A program made the position numbers and the translations under genes. A model generated the notes under the pieces. That model saw nothing but the letters and a program-made list of their open reading frames with translations. It did not search any database and was not told the DNA's origin. Below are positions 19,680 to 30,001 of a stretch of DNA of 64,000 nucleotides, one piece after another. Source of the stretch: Candidatus Cloacimonadales bacterium (GTDB taxonomy: Bacteria > Cloacimonadota > Cloacimonadia > Cloacimonadales > JAFGVF01); assembly GCA_963662585.1 (NCBI GenBank), contig OY759729.1, positions 1,728,001 through 1,792,000 on the forward strand, in the 5' to 3' direction. Each line of letters begins with the position of its first letter. The stretch's first letter is position 1.

Positions 19680-21113
19680 ATGCTCTTTAATTCATTTATA
19701 TTTTTAATATTTTTAGGGGTAGTTTTACCTATATTTTATCTTTTACCTAACAAGAAGAGTAAGAACTTATTTCTGCTATTTAGCAGTTATTTTTTCTATG
19801 GTTATTGGGATTGGAAATTTTGCTCTTTATTAGCAATTTCTACAATTGTTGATTACTATTTAGGGAAAAAACTCTTTAACGAGCAGAGAGAAAAGCAAAG
19901 AAAAATCTATCTAGCAATGAGTATGATTGTTAATTTAGGTTTATTGGGAGTATTTAAATACTTTAATTTCTTTGTTGATAGCTTTTCTAACTTAACAAGT
20001 AATTTTGGCTATGATTTAGATTTTTTACATCTAAATATTATTTTACCTGTTGGAATTTCCTTCTACACTTTTCAAACTATGTCATACACTATTGATATCT
20101 ATAAGAAGCAATTAGAACCTACTAATTCATTTATTGATTTTGCTCTATTTGTATCATTTTTCCCACAATTAGTAGCTGGTCCAATTGAAAGAGCAAGTAA
20201 TCTATTACCTCAGCTCCATCATAAACTAGCTCCTAATAAAGAGCAAATCCAAAAAGGAATAGTTTTAATTATCACGGGATTGTTTAAGAAGGTTATGGTA
20301 GGTGATACAACTGGAAGATATGTTGATCAACTATTTGGGAATCCTGAACTCTACAAATCACCAGAATTATTAGCAGGTTTAGTACTATTTTCAATCCAAA
20401 TCTATGCAGATTTCTCAGGTTACAGCAATATTGCTCGCGGTACAGCCAAATTATTAGGTGTAGAATTGATGAAAAACTTTGAACAACCCTATCTTTCAAC
20501 AAATATTACAGAATTTTGGAGAAGATGGCATATCTCACTATCTAGCTGGCTAAAAGATTATCTCTATATTTCCTTAGGGGGTAACAGAAAAGGTAAAGTT
20601 AGGACCTATATCAATCTTTTCACGACTATGCTACTTGGTGGTCTATGGCATGGGGCAGCTTGGACTTTCGTTATCTGGGGCGGACTTCATGGAATTTACT
20701 TGGCAATTCACAAAGCGATTCTGGGAAATAGAAAAATTAATATTTCTTATAGATATACAGGAATTATTAGTCTATTGAATTTCTCAGTTAAATGCATATT
20801 CACTAATATTTTAGTTCTCTTTACTTGGCTTTTCTTTAGAGTTAAGAGTTTAAGTGAAGCAAAGTATTTCTTAAGTAAAATGATCTACTGGGAATCAAGC
20901 GAATTAACTGGCATATTTATCCGAATTACTTTAGCATTTGTGCTAGTAAATTTCTTGATAGATTTCTTTGAATACAAAACTAATAAACACACTCCAGTTC
21001 TGCTAATTCCAAATTTCGGCTTTCAGTATGGAATATTATTAGTTCTATTAGGAACAACCTTACTTTATATGTTCCAATCAACTCCACTACCATTTGTTTA
21101 CTTTCAATTTTAA
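19680..21113 (+). CDS. MBOAT family O-acyltransferase (AlgI/DltB-like)
   Basis: MLFNS, LPVGISFYTFQ, FFPQLVAGPIER, DFSGYS, FWRRWHISLSSW, GLWHGA. Confidence 0.95.
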   Translation: MLFNSFIFLIFLGVVLPIFYLLPNKKSKNLFLLFSSYFFYGYWDWKFCSLLAISTIVDYYLGKKLFNEQREKQRKIYLAMSMIVNLGLLGVFKYFNFFVDSFSNLTSNFGYDLDFLHLNIILPVGISFYTFQTMSYTIDIYKKQLEPTNSFIDFALFVSFFPQLVAGPIERASNLLPQLHHKLAPNKEQIQKGIVLIITGLFKKVMVGDTTGRYVDQLFGNPELYKSPELLAGLVLFSIQIYADFSGYSNIARGTAKLLGVELMKNFEQPYLSTNITEFWRRWHISLSSWLKDYLYISLGGNRKGKVRTYINLFTTMLLGGLWHGAAWTFVIWGGLHGIYLAIHKAILGNRKINISYRYTGIISLLNFSVKCIFTNILVLFTWLFFRVKSLSEAKYFLSKMIYWESSELTGIFIRITLAFVLVNFLIDFFEYKTNKHTPVLLIPNFGFQYGILLVLLGTTLLYMFQSTPLPFVYFQF

Positions 21114-21122
21114 GAGGTTATT

Positions 21123-22151
21123 ATGAAAAATATTTTAGGCTTCATTTTAGGTATTATCGTTTGTCTAATTATTGTAGAAGCTTATGTGAGTAATTCTTTT
21201 GTTATGGATAAATACATCAATGATTATGATCCTGAAGTAGGGAGAATTAGAAGAGCCAATACTGAATATGTTAAATTTAATGAAGGTTTTGGAATAGGCA
21301 AAGTAAATAACCTTAGCTATTTAAACAAAGAATTTGCTATAGAAAAAAGTGAAAATACTATCCGAATTGCCTTGATGGGAGATTCATATGTTGAAAGCTT
21401 CCAAGTTTTTGATAGAAATTATTTTGGTAGAATAATGGAAAATATTCTCTCTGAAAAATTAAATCAAACTGTTGAAGTAATGAACTTTGGTCGAAGTGGT
21501 TTCGATATAGGTGACTGTTATGTTTATTACAATACTTTTGTTAAAAAGTTCAATCCTGATTATGTTCTGTATATATTTGGAGCTGATGATTTTAAAACAA
21601 GGTCATCTGAACCTCTATTACCTATAATTTCTTTCCAAGGTACTGAGCTCACAATTGAAAGACCTTACATCGATTCAAAATATTTATCTAAATTGAAGAA
21701 ATCAGAACCATTTTTAAAATACTCAACTTTAGTTAATAGTATGAATACTGGAAGAAAATTACTCAAAAAAGATTATATATTACCCCAACTTTTTGATAAA
21801 TTATATAAAAATAATGAAATTCCAGCCGAGAATAATGAAATTAATAATATACCACAAATAACTTTTACTCCTGAGATAGACTTGATTCTCGATCAACTAG
21901 AAGAAGCTAATGGGATTTTCTTTATAAGAAGTGATATATATATTTTAAATGATAAATATACTTTCAATAATATTACACAAGTGTTTGAGAATAAAGAATA
22001 TAATCCACATGATTGGAAGATAGCTAAAACTACTGGACACTGGAATAATCAAGCTCATAGAGATATAGGTCTTTACATGGCTGAAAAAATGGAAAAGATT
22101 ATTAGAAATACGCATGGTTTAGCTACAAATAATACTAATAAACACGAATAA
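21123..22151 (+). CDS. SGNH/GDSL-fold partner of the MBOAT (AlgJ-like)
   Basis: GDSY, NFGRSG, GHWN; N-terminal TM anchor. Confidence 0.75.
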   Translation: MKNILGFILGIIVCLIIVEAYVSNSFVMDKYINDYDPEVGRIRRANTEYVKFNEGFGIGKVNNLSYLNKEFAIEKSENTIRIALMGDSYVESFQVFDRNYFGRIMENILSEKLNQTVEVMNFGRSGFDIGDCYVYYNTFVKKFNPDYVLYIFGADDFKTRSSEPLLPIISFQGTELTIERPYIDSKYLSKLKKSEPFLKYSTLVNSMNTGRKLLKKDYILPQLFDKLYKNNEIPAENNEINNIPQITFTPEIDLILDQLEEANGIFFIRSDIYILNDKYTFNNITQVFENKEYNPHDWKIAKTTGHWNNQAHRDIGLYMAEKMEKIIRNTHGLATNNTNKHE

Positions 22152-23245
22152 AATAATAAGAGTAATATCTATTAATTACACGCATTGCAATAAGAGTAAG
22201 AACCTTAACACAGAGGTAATCACAGAGTTGCACAGATTTTTGAAAAAGAATAAATGCTTTCTCTTTTTGGTGTTTTTCATTGTTTTCGGTTACTAAATTA
22301 TTCTTCCTTTTTTTGTGTACTTTGTGTCTTTGTGGTAAAAAAATATCAATGGAAGAGAGATTTAGCCACAAATAACACCAAAAAACACAAATTAAAAATA
22401 AGTGACTGGGTACATATATTATATAGATTTACACTGATTATTAAGAATATTAATAATTACTAAAACTATCTTTATTATGCTTGAAGTAAATTATCTTATT
22501 TTTATAAGCAAAAAGCAATAAGCCCCTTTTTTTTTGTGTTCTTTGTGTCTTTGTGGTAAAAAAAATATAAATGGAAGAGAGATTTAGCCACAAATAACAC
22601 CAATAAACACGAATAAGAAAATAATATTCAATGTCCACAGATTACACTAATTCACACTGATTATTAAGAATATTAAATAATTACTAAAAAACTATCTTTA
22701 TTATACTTGAAGTAAATTATCTTATTTTTATAAGCAAAAGGCAATAAACCATTATTTTTTTTTGTAAAAACCTAATTTTGTGAATAGAATATTTTTTTTT
22801 CCTTAACACCCCACCTCTAACGAGGCACCCCTCTTGTACCATCGCTTTTTGCGATTAAGAGGGGACTTAAGACATAGGGGGGCTATATCTCTATCCATTT
22901 AAACGAATAATTCGTGTAATTCGTCTTAATTCTAGTTTAATTAGTGTGAAGCATTTCTTTTCTCTTCTTATCAGTGTTTTTGAGTGTTATCGGTGGCTAA
23001 ATATTTCCTTCTTTTTCTTACTTATTCGTGTCTTATTTGTGTTTATTAGTGGCTAAACTCTTCCTTTTCCTTCTTCTTTGTGTCTTTGTGCCTTTGTGGT
23101 GAAATAAAATTCGTGTAATTCGTCTTAATTCTAGTTTAATTAGTGTGAAGCATTTCTTTTCTCTTCTTATCAGTGTTTTATTCGTGTTTATTAGTGGCTA
23201 AACTCTTCTTTCTTCTTTTTTGTGTCTTTGTGCCTTTGTGGTAAA
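22118..23245. repeat. Large cluster of CAC-periodic (GxxExxY-type) repeats in both orientations
   Basis: Many TTTAGCCAC..CAC..CAC and GTG..GTG..GTGGCTAAA / GTGGT copies; internal duplications 22910 vs 23109 and 22445 vs 22665. Confidence 0.85.
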
Positions 23246-23337
23246 AAATTTTCAAGTTAAGAAAAAAACGCTTGACTATAAAATTAAATAATATTAGTTA
23301 GCATATAGTAGAAATTAAACATTTGAGGATTATTGAA

Positions 23338-24399
23338 ATGAAGATAAATGGTAATATTTTGGTTACAGGTGGAGCAGGTTTTATTGGCGCTAATTTTATT
23401 CACTATCTATTTAGAAAAACAGATTTTACAGGTAAAGTAATCAATGTTGATAAACTAACTTATGCAGGTAATTTAGAGAATTTGAAGGATATATCAAGTG
23501 AATTTGCAGATAGATATGCTTTTCACCAAATAGATATTTGCAATTACCAAGCAATGGAAGTAATTTTCACAAAATACAATCCTCAAATAGTAATTCATTT
23601 TGCTGCTGAATCCCATGTTGATAGATCAATTCATGGTCCCAAAGAATTTATAGAAACCAATATTATCGGAACTTTTAATCTTTTAGAATTAGCCAGAAAA
23701 CACTGGCAAGATAGAAAAGATGTTCTCTTTCACCACATTTCAACAGATGAAGTGTATGGTTCTTTAGGAGAAACAGGTTACTTCTACGAAGACACCAGAT
23801 ATGATCCCCGCAGTCCCTACTCATCATCTAAAGCTTCATCCGATCACTTAGTTTCAGCCTATTTTCACACTTATGGATTACCTGTAACTATCTCCAATTG
23901 TTCCAATAATTACGGACCTTACCAATTCCCGGAAAAACTAATTCCTCTAATGATATCTAATATCTTAGAAGATAAACCCTTACCTGTTTATGGTGATGGA
24001 AAAAATATCAGAGATTGGCTCTTCGTAGAAGACCATTGTTCAGGTATCTGGAAAATAGTTCAAAATGGTACACGCGGTGAAACTTACAACATAGGTGGAG
24101 AGAATGAATGGGAAAATATTAAATTACTGCATGTTCTCTGTGAAGTTGTAGCAAAAAAATCAGATAAAGACCTTAATAAAATATTAGATTTAATTACTTA
24201 TGTCAAAGATAGAGCAGGACATGATAGACGCTATGCTATCAACTGCGATAAAATAAAGAATGAACTTGGTTGGAAGCAATCTGTAGATTTTACTGAAGGC
24301 CTAGAAAAGACTGTTGAGTGGTATTTAAGCAATACCCTGTGGATCGAGAATATTAAGACTGGGGAGTATAAGCTCTGGCTTAAGAAGAACTACGAATAA
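23338..24399 (+). CDS. rfbB: dTDP-glucose 4,6-dehydratase
   Basis: TGGAGFIG, DKLTYAGN, HFAAESHVDRSI, STDEVYG, YSSSK, GHDRRYA. Confidence 0.97.
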   Translation: MKINGNILVTGGAGFIGANFIHYLFRKTDFTGKVINVDKLTYAGNLENLKDISSEFADRYAFHQIDICNYQAMEVIFTKYNPQIVIHFAAESHVDRSIHGPKEFIETNIIGTFNLLELARKHWQDRKDVLFHHISTDEVYGSLGETGYFYEDTRYDPRSPYSSSKASSDHLVSAYFHTYGLPVTISNCSNNYGPYQFPEKLIPLMISNILEDKPLPVYGDGKNIRDWLFVEDHCSGIWKIVQNGTRGETYNIGGENEWENIKLLHVLCEVVAKKSDKDLNKILDLITYVKDRAGHDRRYAINCDKIKNELGWKQSVDFTEGLEKTVEWYLSNTLWIENIKTGEYKLWLKKNYE

Positions 24400-24403
24400 G
24401 ATA

Positions 24404-24645
24404 TTTTCACCACAGAGCCACAGAGAGCACAGAGAAGAAGAAATATAAAAGTGCTTACCAAATGGTTAAAGAAAATATTGATAAGAATAAAATAATAATA
24501 ATGAATATTAAAAAAATGTATGTGATTTAATAAAAAAGACTAATAATTTGAATTATGTCTTAAAAACTCTGTGTACTCTGTGTCTCTGTGGTTAGTAAAA
24601 GAAGTAAATTATTCTTCTCTGTGTACTCCGTGTCTCAGTGGTGAG
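24404..24645. repeat. CACAGAG-type repeats: one forward, two inverted
   Basis: ACCACAGAGCCACAGAGAGCACAGAG 24409-24434; CTCTGTGTACTCTGTGTCTCTGTGGT 24567; variant at 24617. Confidence 0.85.
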
Positions 24646-24666
24646 AAAAAAGAAAAGGAAAAAATT

Positions 24667-25047
24667 ATGAGTGATGGATTATATTCAGATATAACTAAGC
24701 AGATAATTGGTGCTGCTATCGAAGTTCATAGAAATTTAGGACCTGGGTTATTAGAATCTGTTTATGAAACATGCTTAATATCAGAGCTTAAACTAAGAAA
24801 TCTAAATGTAAAAAGTCAGGTAAATATACCAATTATATATAAAGACATTAAACTTGATGATCATCTACGCATAGATATATTAGTAAATGATTGTGTTATT
24901 ATAGAATTAAAGTCGGTAAATAGTATATTACCTATTCATGAAGCACAAGTGTTATCTTATATGAAATTAGCTAAAAAGAGAGTTGGTTTATTAATTAATT
25001 TTAATGCTAATATATTGGTAAATGGAGTAAAAAGAATAGTACTTTAA
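24667..25047 (+). CDS. GxxExxY protein (PD-(D/E)XK nuclease superfamily)
   Basis: IIGAAIEVHRNLGPGLLESVY, RIDILV, IIELKS, AQVLSY, GLLINF; start at ATG 24667. Confidence 0.95.
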   Translation: MSDGLYSDITKQIIGAAIEVHRNLGPGLLESVYETCLISELKLRNLNVKSQVNIPIIYKDIKLDDHLRIDILVNDCVIIELKSVNSILPIHEAQVLSYMKLAKKRVGLLINFNANILVNGVKRIVL

Positions 25048-25161
25048 TTTCATGTTTAAAAAAAACTCTGTGCTTCTGTCACTTTATGATAAAAAAAAGA
25101 AGTAAATTATTCTTCTCTGTGTACTCTGTGTCTCTGTGCTCAATAAAAAAAAGGAGAAAGT

Positions 25162-26190
25162 ATGATTAATAATGTTAAATTAGATAATTTTGGACCAATC
25201 AAGCATTTAGATTGGCAAAACATCAGTAATATGAATGTCATTATCGGTAAAAACAGTACAGGTAAAACTTTTCTTCTTAAGTCTCTTTATACAGCTATGA
25301 AAACAATAGAAGAATATAGAAGAGGAGATAATCCAAAATCATTGTCAGATATTCTTTTAGATAAATTGATTTGGACATTTCAAACAGACACTATTGGTGA
25401 TTTAGTAAATAAAGAAGAAAATTCACTTAGTTTTAGTATGGATTTTAAAAACCAACATTGGAATTATTCCTTTGGCAAAGAAACATCTAAACAGATAAAA
25501 TCTATTGAATATCATATAGATAAAAGGGAAATTGATAACTCTATTTTCTTGCCTGCCAAAGAAATTACTTCGTTAGACAAAATTATTTTTGATAGTAGAG
25601 AAAATAAGCAACTTTTTGGTTTTGATAATACTTACTATGATTTAGCAAAAGCTATCAGACAAAGCACTCAAAAAGGAAGAAATTTTCCAGAATTCGCTAA
25701 ATGTAGAAAGAGTCTTAAAGACATTATTGAAGGTAGAATTGAGTTTGACACTAAGTCTGAAAAATGGTTTTATAAAAAAGGAAATCAAAAATTTTCAATA
25801 GGTATGACTGCTGAAGGAATTAAAAAGATAGCAATTATTGATATTCTATTAGGAAATAGGTATATAACTAAAGATTCAGTAATTTTTATAGATGAACCAG
25901 AATCAGCTCTCCACCCCAACGCTATATCTCAATTTTTAGAATTATTAGATGAGTTGAGTGAAGCAGGCATACAAATCTTCATGGCAACCCACTCTTATTT
26001 TGTAATAAAAAAACTGTATCTAATTGCTCAGAAGGAAAATAAATCAATATCAGGAATTTCATTTGATGAAAGATATGATAATAAATATACAGAGTTTGAT
26101 CTTAAAGATGAAATGCCAAAAAACTCCATAATTGAAGAATCAATTAACCTCTATAAAGAAGAAGTTGAAATTGGTTGGGGCAATGAATAA
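25162..26190 (+). CDS. ABC/AAA_21-type ATPase (AbiEii/OLD-like)
   Basis: NFGPI, Walker A GKNSTGKT, Walker B FIDEPESALHP, ATHS. Confidence 0.88.
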   Translation: MINNVKLDNFGPIKHLDWQNISNMNVIIGKNSTGKTFLLKSLYTAMKTIEEYRRGDNPKSLSDILLDKLIWTFQTDTIGDLVNKEENSLSFSMDFKNQHWNYSFGKETSKQIKSIEYHIDKREIDNSIFLPAKEITSLDKIIFDSRENKQLFGFDNTYYDLAKAIRQSTQKGRNFPEFAKCRKSLKDIIEGRIEFDTKSEKWFYKKGNQKFSIGMTAEGIKKIAIIDILLGNRYITKDSVIFIDEPESALHPNAISQFLELLDELSEAGIQIFMATHSYFVIKKLYLIAQKENKSISGISFDERYDNKYTEFDLKDEMPKNSIIEESINLYKEEVEIGWGNE

Positions 26191-26689
26191 AATTATATCA
26201 GAATCAGGAATGAATTTTGGACCATTTGATGAAAAATATCTTTATGAAATAGAAAAGAGTAAAATGGTTCAAACATTACAGATAAAAATTGTAGAATTTA
26301 TAGTCTATTATAAAAAATCTCTGATATTTTTGGAAGCTAAAAGTTCTTCACCAGAACCTAATCAAGCTTTATCTGATAGACAATGTAATTTTGATGACTA
26401 TATTGAAAATGTTTCCAGAAAATTTATAAATTCAGTTAATATGTTTGTATCAATTTGTATCAAGAGGAATAAAGATAAGATTAGTACAGAATTGGAGAGA
26501 ATAGATTTCTCAACAATAAACATAAAATTGTTACTGGTGATTAAAGACCATAAAACCGAATGGTTATCTCCGATAAGTGATGCTTTGAAAACTAGATTAA
26601 ATGATTTATGTAAAACTTTTAATATTAATCCTATCAATATCTTAATAATAAATGATATGATGGCTAAAGAAAAAAAGCTACTTGCTTAA
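26183..26689 (+). CDS. Hypothetical protein, putative PD-(D/E)XK nuclease partner of the ATPase
   Basis: Start overlaps the ATPase 3' end; VEF...IFLEAKSS motif. Confidence 0.55.
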   Translation: MNKIISESGMNFGPFDEKYLYEIEKSKMVQTLQIKIVEFIVYYKKSLIFLEAKSSSPEPNQALSDRQCNFDDYIENVSRKFINSVNMFVSICIKRNKDKISTELERIDFSTINIKLLLVIKDHKTEWLSPISDALKTRLNDLCKTFNINPINILIINDMMAKEKKLLA

Positions 26690-26774
26690 CAAGAGATAAA
26701 AATAAACTAAAAAGTGTAAAATATAAGACCAAAGGAAACTAAGATATTAATAATATTGAGATGTTTTCTTAAAA

Positions 26775-26885
26775 CTCAGTGTCTCTGTGGTAAAATAAAG
26801 AAGTAAATTATTCTTATCTGTGTCTCTGTGGTGAAAAAAGAAGTAAATTATTCTTCTTTGTGTACTCTGTGTACTCTGTGGTGAG
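26775..26885. repeat. Three CTCTGTG-type repeats closing the ATPase cassette
   Basis: AAGAAGTAAATTATTCTT-CT(C/T)TGTG..GTGGTGA units, as at 24599 and 25097. Confidence 0.85.
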
Positions 26886-26901
26886 AAAATATTGTGTTAC
26901 T

Positions 26902-26954
26902 AGTGCTTCAGATAAAAGCAATCTGTAAGTCATAGGGCGAAGCTCGCTTAAAAA
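26902..26954 (+). promoter_or_regulatory. JUMPstart/ops-like leader element, copy 1
   Basis: AGTGCTTCAGATAAAAGCAATCTGTAAGTCATAGGGCGAAGCTCGCTTAAAAA, nearly identical to 40885-40936; heads a long operon. Confidence 0.65.
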
Positions 26955-26998
26955 ATTATAGTTCAAAGGTGTCCAAAAGTATTTACAAGGAGATAATT

Positions 26999-27808
26999 TT
27001 GTATCGAAGCTTTCATTTCATACCTGCTGATAATCTAAAATTCTTAGATAATATTAATAAATTAAGTGCAGATAATTTCATCTTGGATTTAGAAGATAGT
27101 GTTGACCAAAAAAATAAAAATATTGCTCGAGAGAATATTGAGAATTTCTTAAAAGGTACCAAAGATTTTTCTAATATCTGGATTAGGAGTAATAGTAGCG
27201 ATAGTGATGAATTTAGTAAAGATATTGAGCTATTAAAAAAATATCCTAAAGGGGGTTTAGTTCTCCCTAAAGTCGAAACTATTCAAGATGTGAATTCTAT
27301 CACATCTCAGATAAAAAACAGACTTATAATTTTAATCGAAAGTTTTTTAGGTTTGAATAACATTAACACTTTAATAGATAACCAGCAAGTTGTAGGTCTA
27401 GGTTTAGGTTTAGAAGATATGTTAATTAATTTACCACGAAATGAATCAGAATTATCTGAATTATTACGAGGGATTTATCAAAAATTTATTCTATCTGTTA
27501 AGATTACAAATAAATATTGTTTTGCTGGTATAACAAGCAATTATAAAAACGAAGAGCAATTAATAGATGACTGTAATAAAGCTGTTTCTTATGGTTTTGA
27601 TGGGAAATTTTCAATTCATCCTAGTCAGATTTGGACTATAAACAAGATATTCTCAATATCACAAGAAAACATAGCTTGGGCAGAGAATATAGGTAAAATA
27701 AGCAAATTAGATGAGTCTTTAGGTTATCAAATCATTAGTGGTATGTTAATTACACCACCAAAAATTAAAAAAGCAAAAACTATTTTAAGCATATTGGAGA
27801 AATTATGA
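26999..27808 (+). CDS. CitE/HpcH-like aldolase/lyase family protein
   Basis: RSFHFIPA, LDLEDSV, LPKVE, GKFSIHPSQ; likely TTG start 26999 after AAGGAG. Confidence 0.85.
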   Translation: MYRSFHFIPADNLKFLDNINKLSADNFILDLEDSVDQKNKNIARENIENFLKGTKDFSNIWIRSNSSDSDEFSKDIELLKKYPKGGLVLPKVETIQDVNSITSQIKNRLIILIESFLGLNNINTLIDNQQVVGLGLGLEDMLINLPRNESELSELLRGIYQKFILSVKITNKYCFAGITSNYKNEEQLIDDCNKAVSYGFDGKFSIHPSQIWTINKIFSISQENIAWAENIGKISKLDESLGYQIISGMLITPPKIKKAKTILSILEKL

Positions 27809-28698
27809 AAAAGGGTTCAAATTACCTATTAAGAAGTTTAATGTTTGTTCCAGGTCATAATGACAAATTGTTAGCAAGTGCTGCTAAATCCCAAGCTGAT
27901 GTTTTGTTACTTGATTTAGAAGATTCTGTTCTTCCTGCAAGCAATAAAGCTATTGCTAGGAACAAAATCAAAGAATTTGTTGAAGGTACTGATTTGAAGA
28001 ATAAATTGATCTTCCCTCGAGTTAATGACAGAGAGAGTGGTTTTCTACTTAAAGATGTACATGAATTAACAATTCCCAGAATCACAGGTTTTATGTATCC
28101 AAAATCTAAATCAGCTGAAGATATCTATTTCTTTGATAAGTTATTAGAAACTATCGAATATGAAAAAGGTTTTCCTGTTGGAACATTCAAAATAATTCCT
28201 TTAATAGAGACCTCAGCAGCAGTATTAAATGCTCAAGATATCTGTAAAGCCTCTTCTCGGGTTATTGCAATAGCTTTTGGTTGTGAAGATTTTATAACAG
28301 ATTTACAAGGAATTCATGATAAAGATGAGACAAGTATTTTTACACCTCGAGCATTAATAGCAATGGCAGCTAGGGCTACTAATGTTATCCCTATTGATAC
28401 TGTCCATATCAATGTACACGATCTTGCTGATTTAGAGAAAAATTTAATTATCGGGAAGAACTTAGGGTTTGAAGGAATGTTAGTTTTACATCCAAAAGAA
28501 TTACCTTTAATTCATCAATATTATACTCCTACTGAAGAAGAAATTGCTAATGCTAAACTAATGTTGGAACTTTCAGAAGAAGCTAAAAAGGATGGAAAAG
28601 GAGTCGCTATGATGAATGGAAAGTTTATCGGACCTCCAATGGTGGAAACTGCAAAGAAAATACTAAATAGGGCTATTTTAGTTGTTAATAATAATTAG
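27805..28698 (+). CDS. CitE / malyl-CoA lyase-like CoA ester lyase
   Basis: RSLMFVPG, LDLEDSV, PLIET, FGCED, GFEGMLVLHP. Confidence 0.9.
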   Translation: MKKGSNYLLRSLMFVPGHNDKLLASAAKSQADVLLLDLEDSVLPASNKAIARNKIKEFVEGTDLKNKLIFPRVNDRESGFLLKDVHELTIPRITGFMYPKSKSAEDIYFFDKLLETIEYEKGFPVGTFKIIPLIETSAAVLNAQDICKASSRVIAIAFGCEDFITDLQGIHDKDETSIFTPRALIAMAARATNVIPIDTVHINVHDLADLEKNLIIGKNLGFEGMLVLHPKELPLIHQYYTPTEEEIANAKLMLELSEEAKKDGKGVAMMNGKFIGPPMVETAKKILNRAILVVNNN

Positions 28699-28710
28699 TA
28701 AAGGAATAAC

Positions 28711-30000
28711 ATGAAAATACCTACTCATATTACTCTTGCTCCTAGTATTTTAAAAGATTATATCTTTTTTAAAAAAAGTGAAAAATGGAGTAAAGACCAA
28801 GTTATAAGTTACCAAAATAAAAAACTCATTGAAATAGTGAAATACTCAGGTAAATATGTTCCATACTACAGAAAACTATTTCACGATATTAATCTTGATT
28901 TAAATAAATTCAAAGGGATTGAAGATATAGATAAAATTCCTTACCTGGATAAAGAAACTTTGAGGCTAAAACCTAATGAATTTGTTTCAGATGTTTATCC
29001 AAAGAGTAAGATCCAAATCGAAAAAACAAGTGGCTCTACAGGAACACCGCTACAATTACATATTGATAATGTTAGTAGATCTCATAAATATGCAGCCTTT
29101 GCAAGGGCTTATTTTTGGTCTGGATATAAGCCTGGTGCATTAAGATTTGTCTTAAAAGGATTATCAGAATCAAAAAATGAAGCTTATGGGTATGACCTGC
29201 TTCGTAATATGATTTTTTTAAACTCAAGTAAAATGACTAAAGAAAATTGTTTAGGTGTTTTGAAACTTCTTAAAGGAAAGAAGGTAAATATTTTTGAAGG
29301 TTATGCGCGTTCTTTTATAGATTTTTTTCAGATAATTAAGGATAATGATTTAAATATTTCTAAACCTAAAGGCATTTTTTGTTATGGTGAAACAGTAACA
29401 CAGGATATGAGAAATTTTATTGAGGTTAAATATAAAACAAAGTTATTTGATTTTTATAGTCATGCTGAAAATAGTGTTATGATATGTCAAATGCCTGATA
29501 ATAAAAAATACTTAATGGAAGATTATTTTTATCCAGAAATTATTGATGAGCAGGGAAAAGCAACAACTTCAGGTTATGGAGAATTAATTGGCACTAGTTT
29601 TTATAACTATGCTATGCCCCTTATTAGGTATAAAACAAGAGATAACATAAAATTAAATTTATGTAATAAGTCATCAAAGTTTAAAGAAGTTGTTGATATT
29701 GAAGGTAGAATGGATGATTATATTCTGCTACCTGATAATCGGAAAATTTATTTTGCTGAAGGTGCTATATATTACTCAGAAGGTGTTGTAGCTGCACAAT
29801 ATATCCAAAATGATAGAACAAAACTAATAATAAATTTGGTAGTTGATAAGCATTTTGAAAAAAAAAGTATTAATTTAATAAGAGAAGGATTATATAAAAG
29901 AATTGGTAAAAGCCTGAATTTTGATTTTCATATTGTAAAAAAGCTAGAGAAGAAAAAATCTGGAAAAACACCATTTATTATTAATAATATGGAAAAGTAA
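28711..30000 (+). CDS. Phenylacetate-CoA ligase family (CapK-like) adenylate-forming enzyme
   Basis: VPYY, TSGSTGTP, MPLIRYKTRD, GRMDD, SGK. Confidence 0.88.
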   Translation: MKIPTHITLAPSILKDYIFFKKSEKWSKDQVISYQNKKLIEIVKYSGKYVPYYRKLFHDINLDLNKFKGIEDIDKIPYLDKETLRLKPNEFVSDVYPKSKIQIEKTSGSTGTPLQLHIDNVSRSHKYAAFARAYFWSGYKPGALRFVLKGLSESKNEAYGYDLLRNMIFLNSSKMTKENCLGVLKLLKGKKVNIFEGYARSFIDFFQIIKDNDLNISKPKGIFCYGETVTQDMRNFIEVKYKTKLFDFYSHAENSVMICQMPDNKKYLMEDYFYPEIIDEQGKATTSGYGELIGTSFYNYAMPLIRYKTRDNIKLNLCNKSSKFKEVVDIEGRMDDYILLPDNRKIYFAEGAIYYSEGVVAAQYIQNDRTKLIINLVVDKHFEKKSINLIREGLYKRIGKSLNFDFHIVKKLEKKKSGKTPFIINNMEK

Positions 30001-30001
30001 A

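Noticed and set aside
22135..22638. ORFs 22135..22371, 22254..22463, 22450..22638 (also 63218..63403)
   Set aside because: Read-throughs of CAC-periodic repeats (e.g. LCVFVV, ATNNT).
24404..26885. Classical integron with attC sites
   Set aside because: No tyrosine integrase, and no RYYYAAC...GTTRRRY boxes in the repeats.
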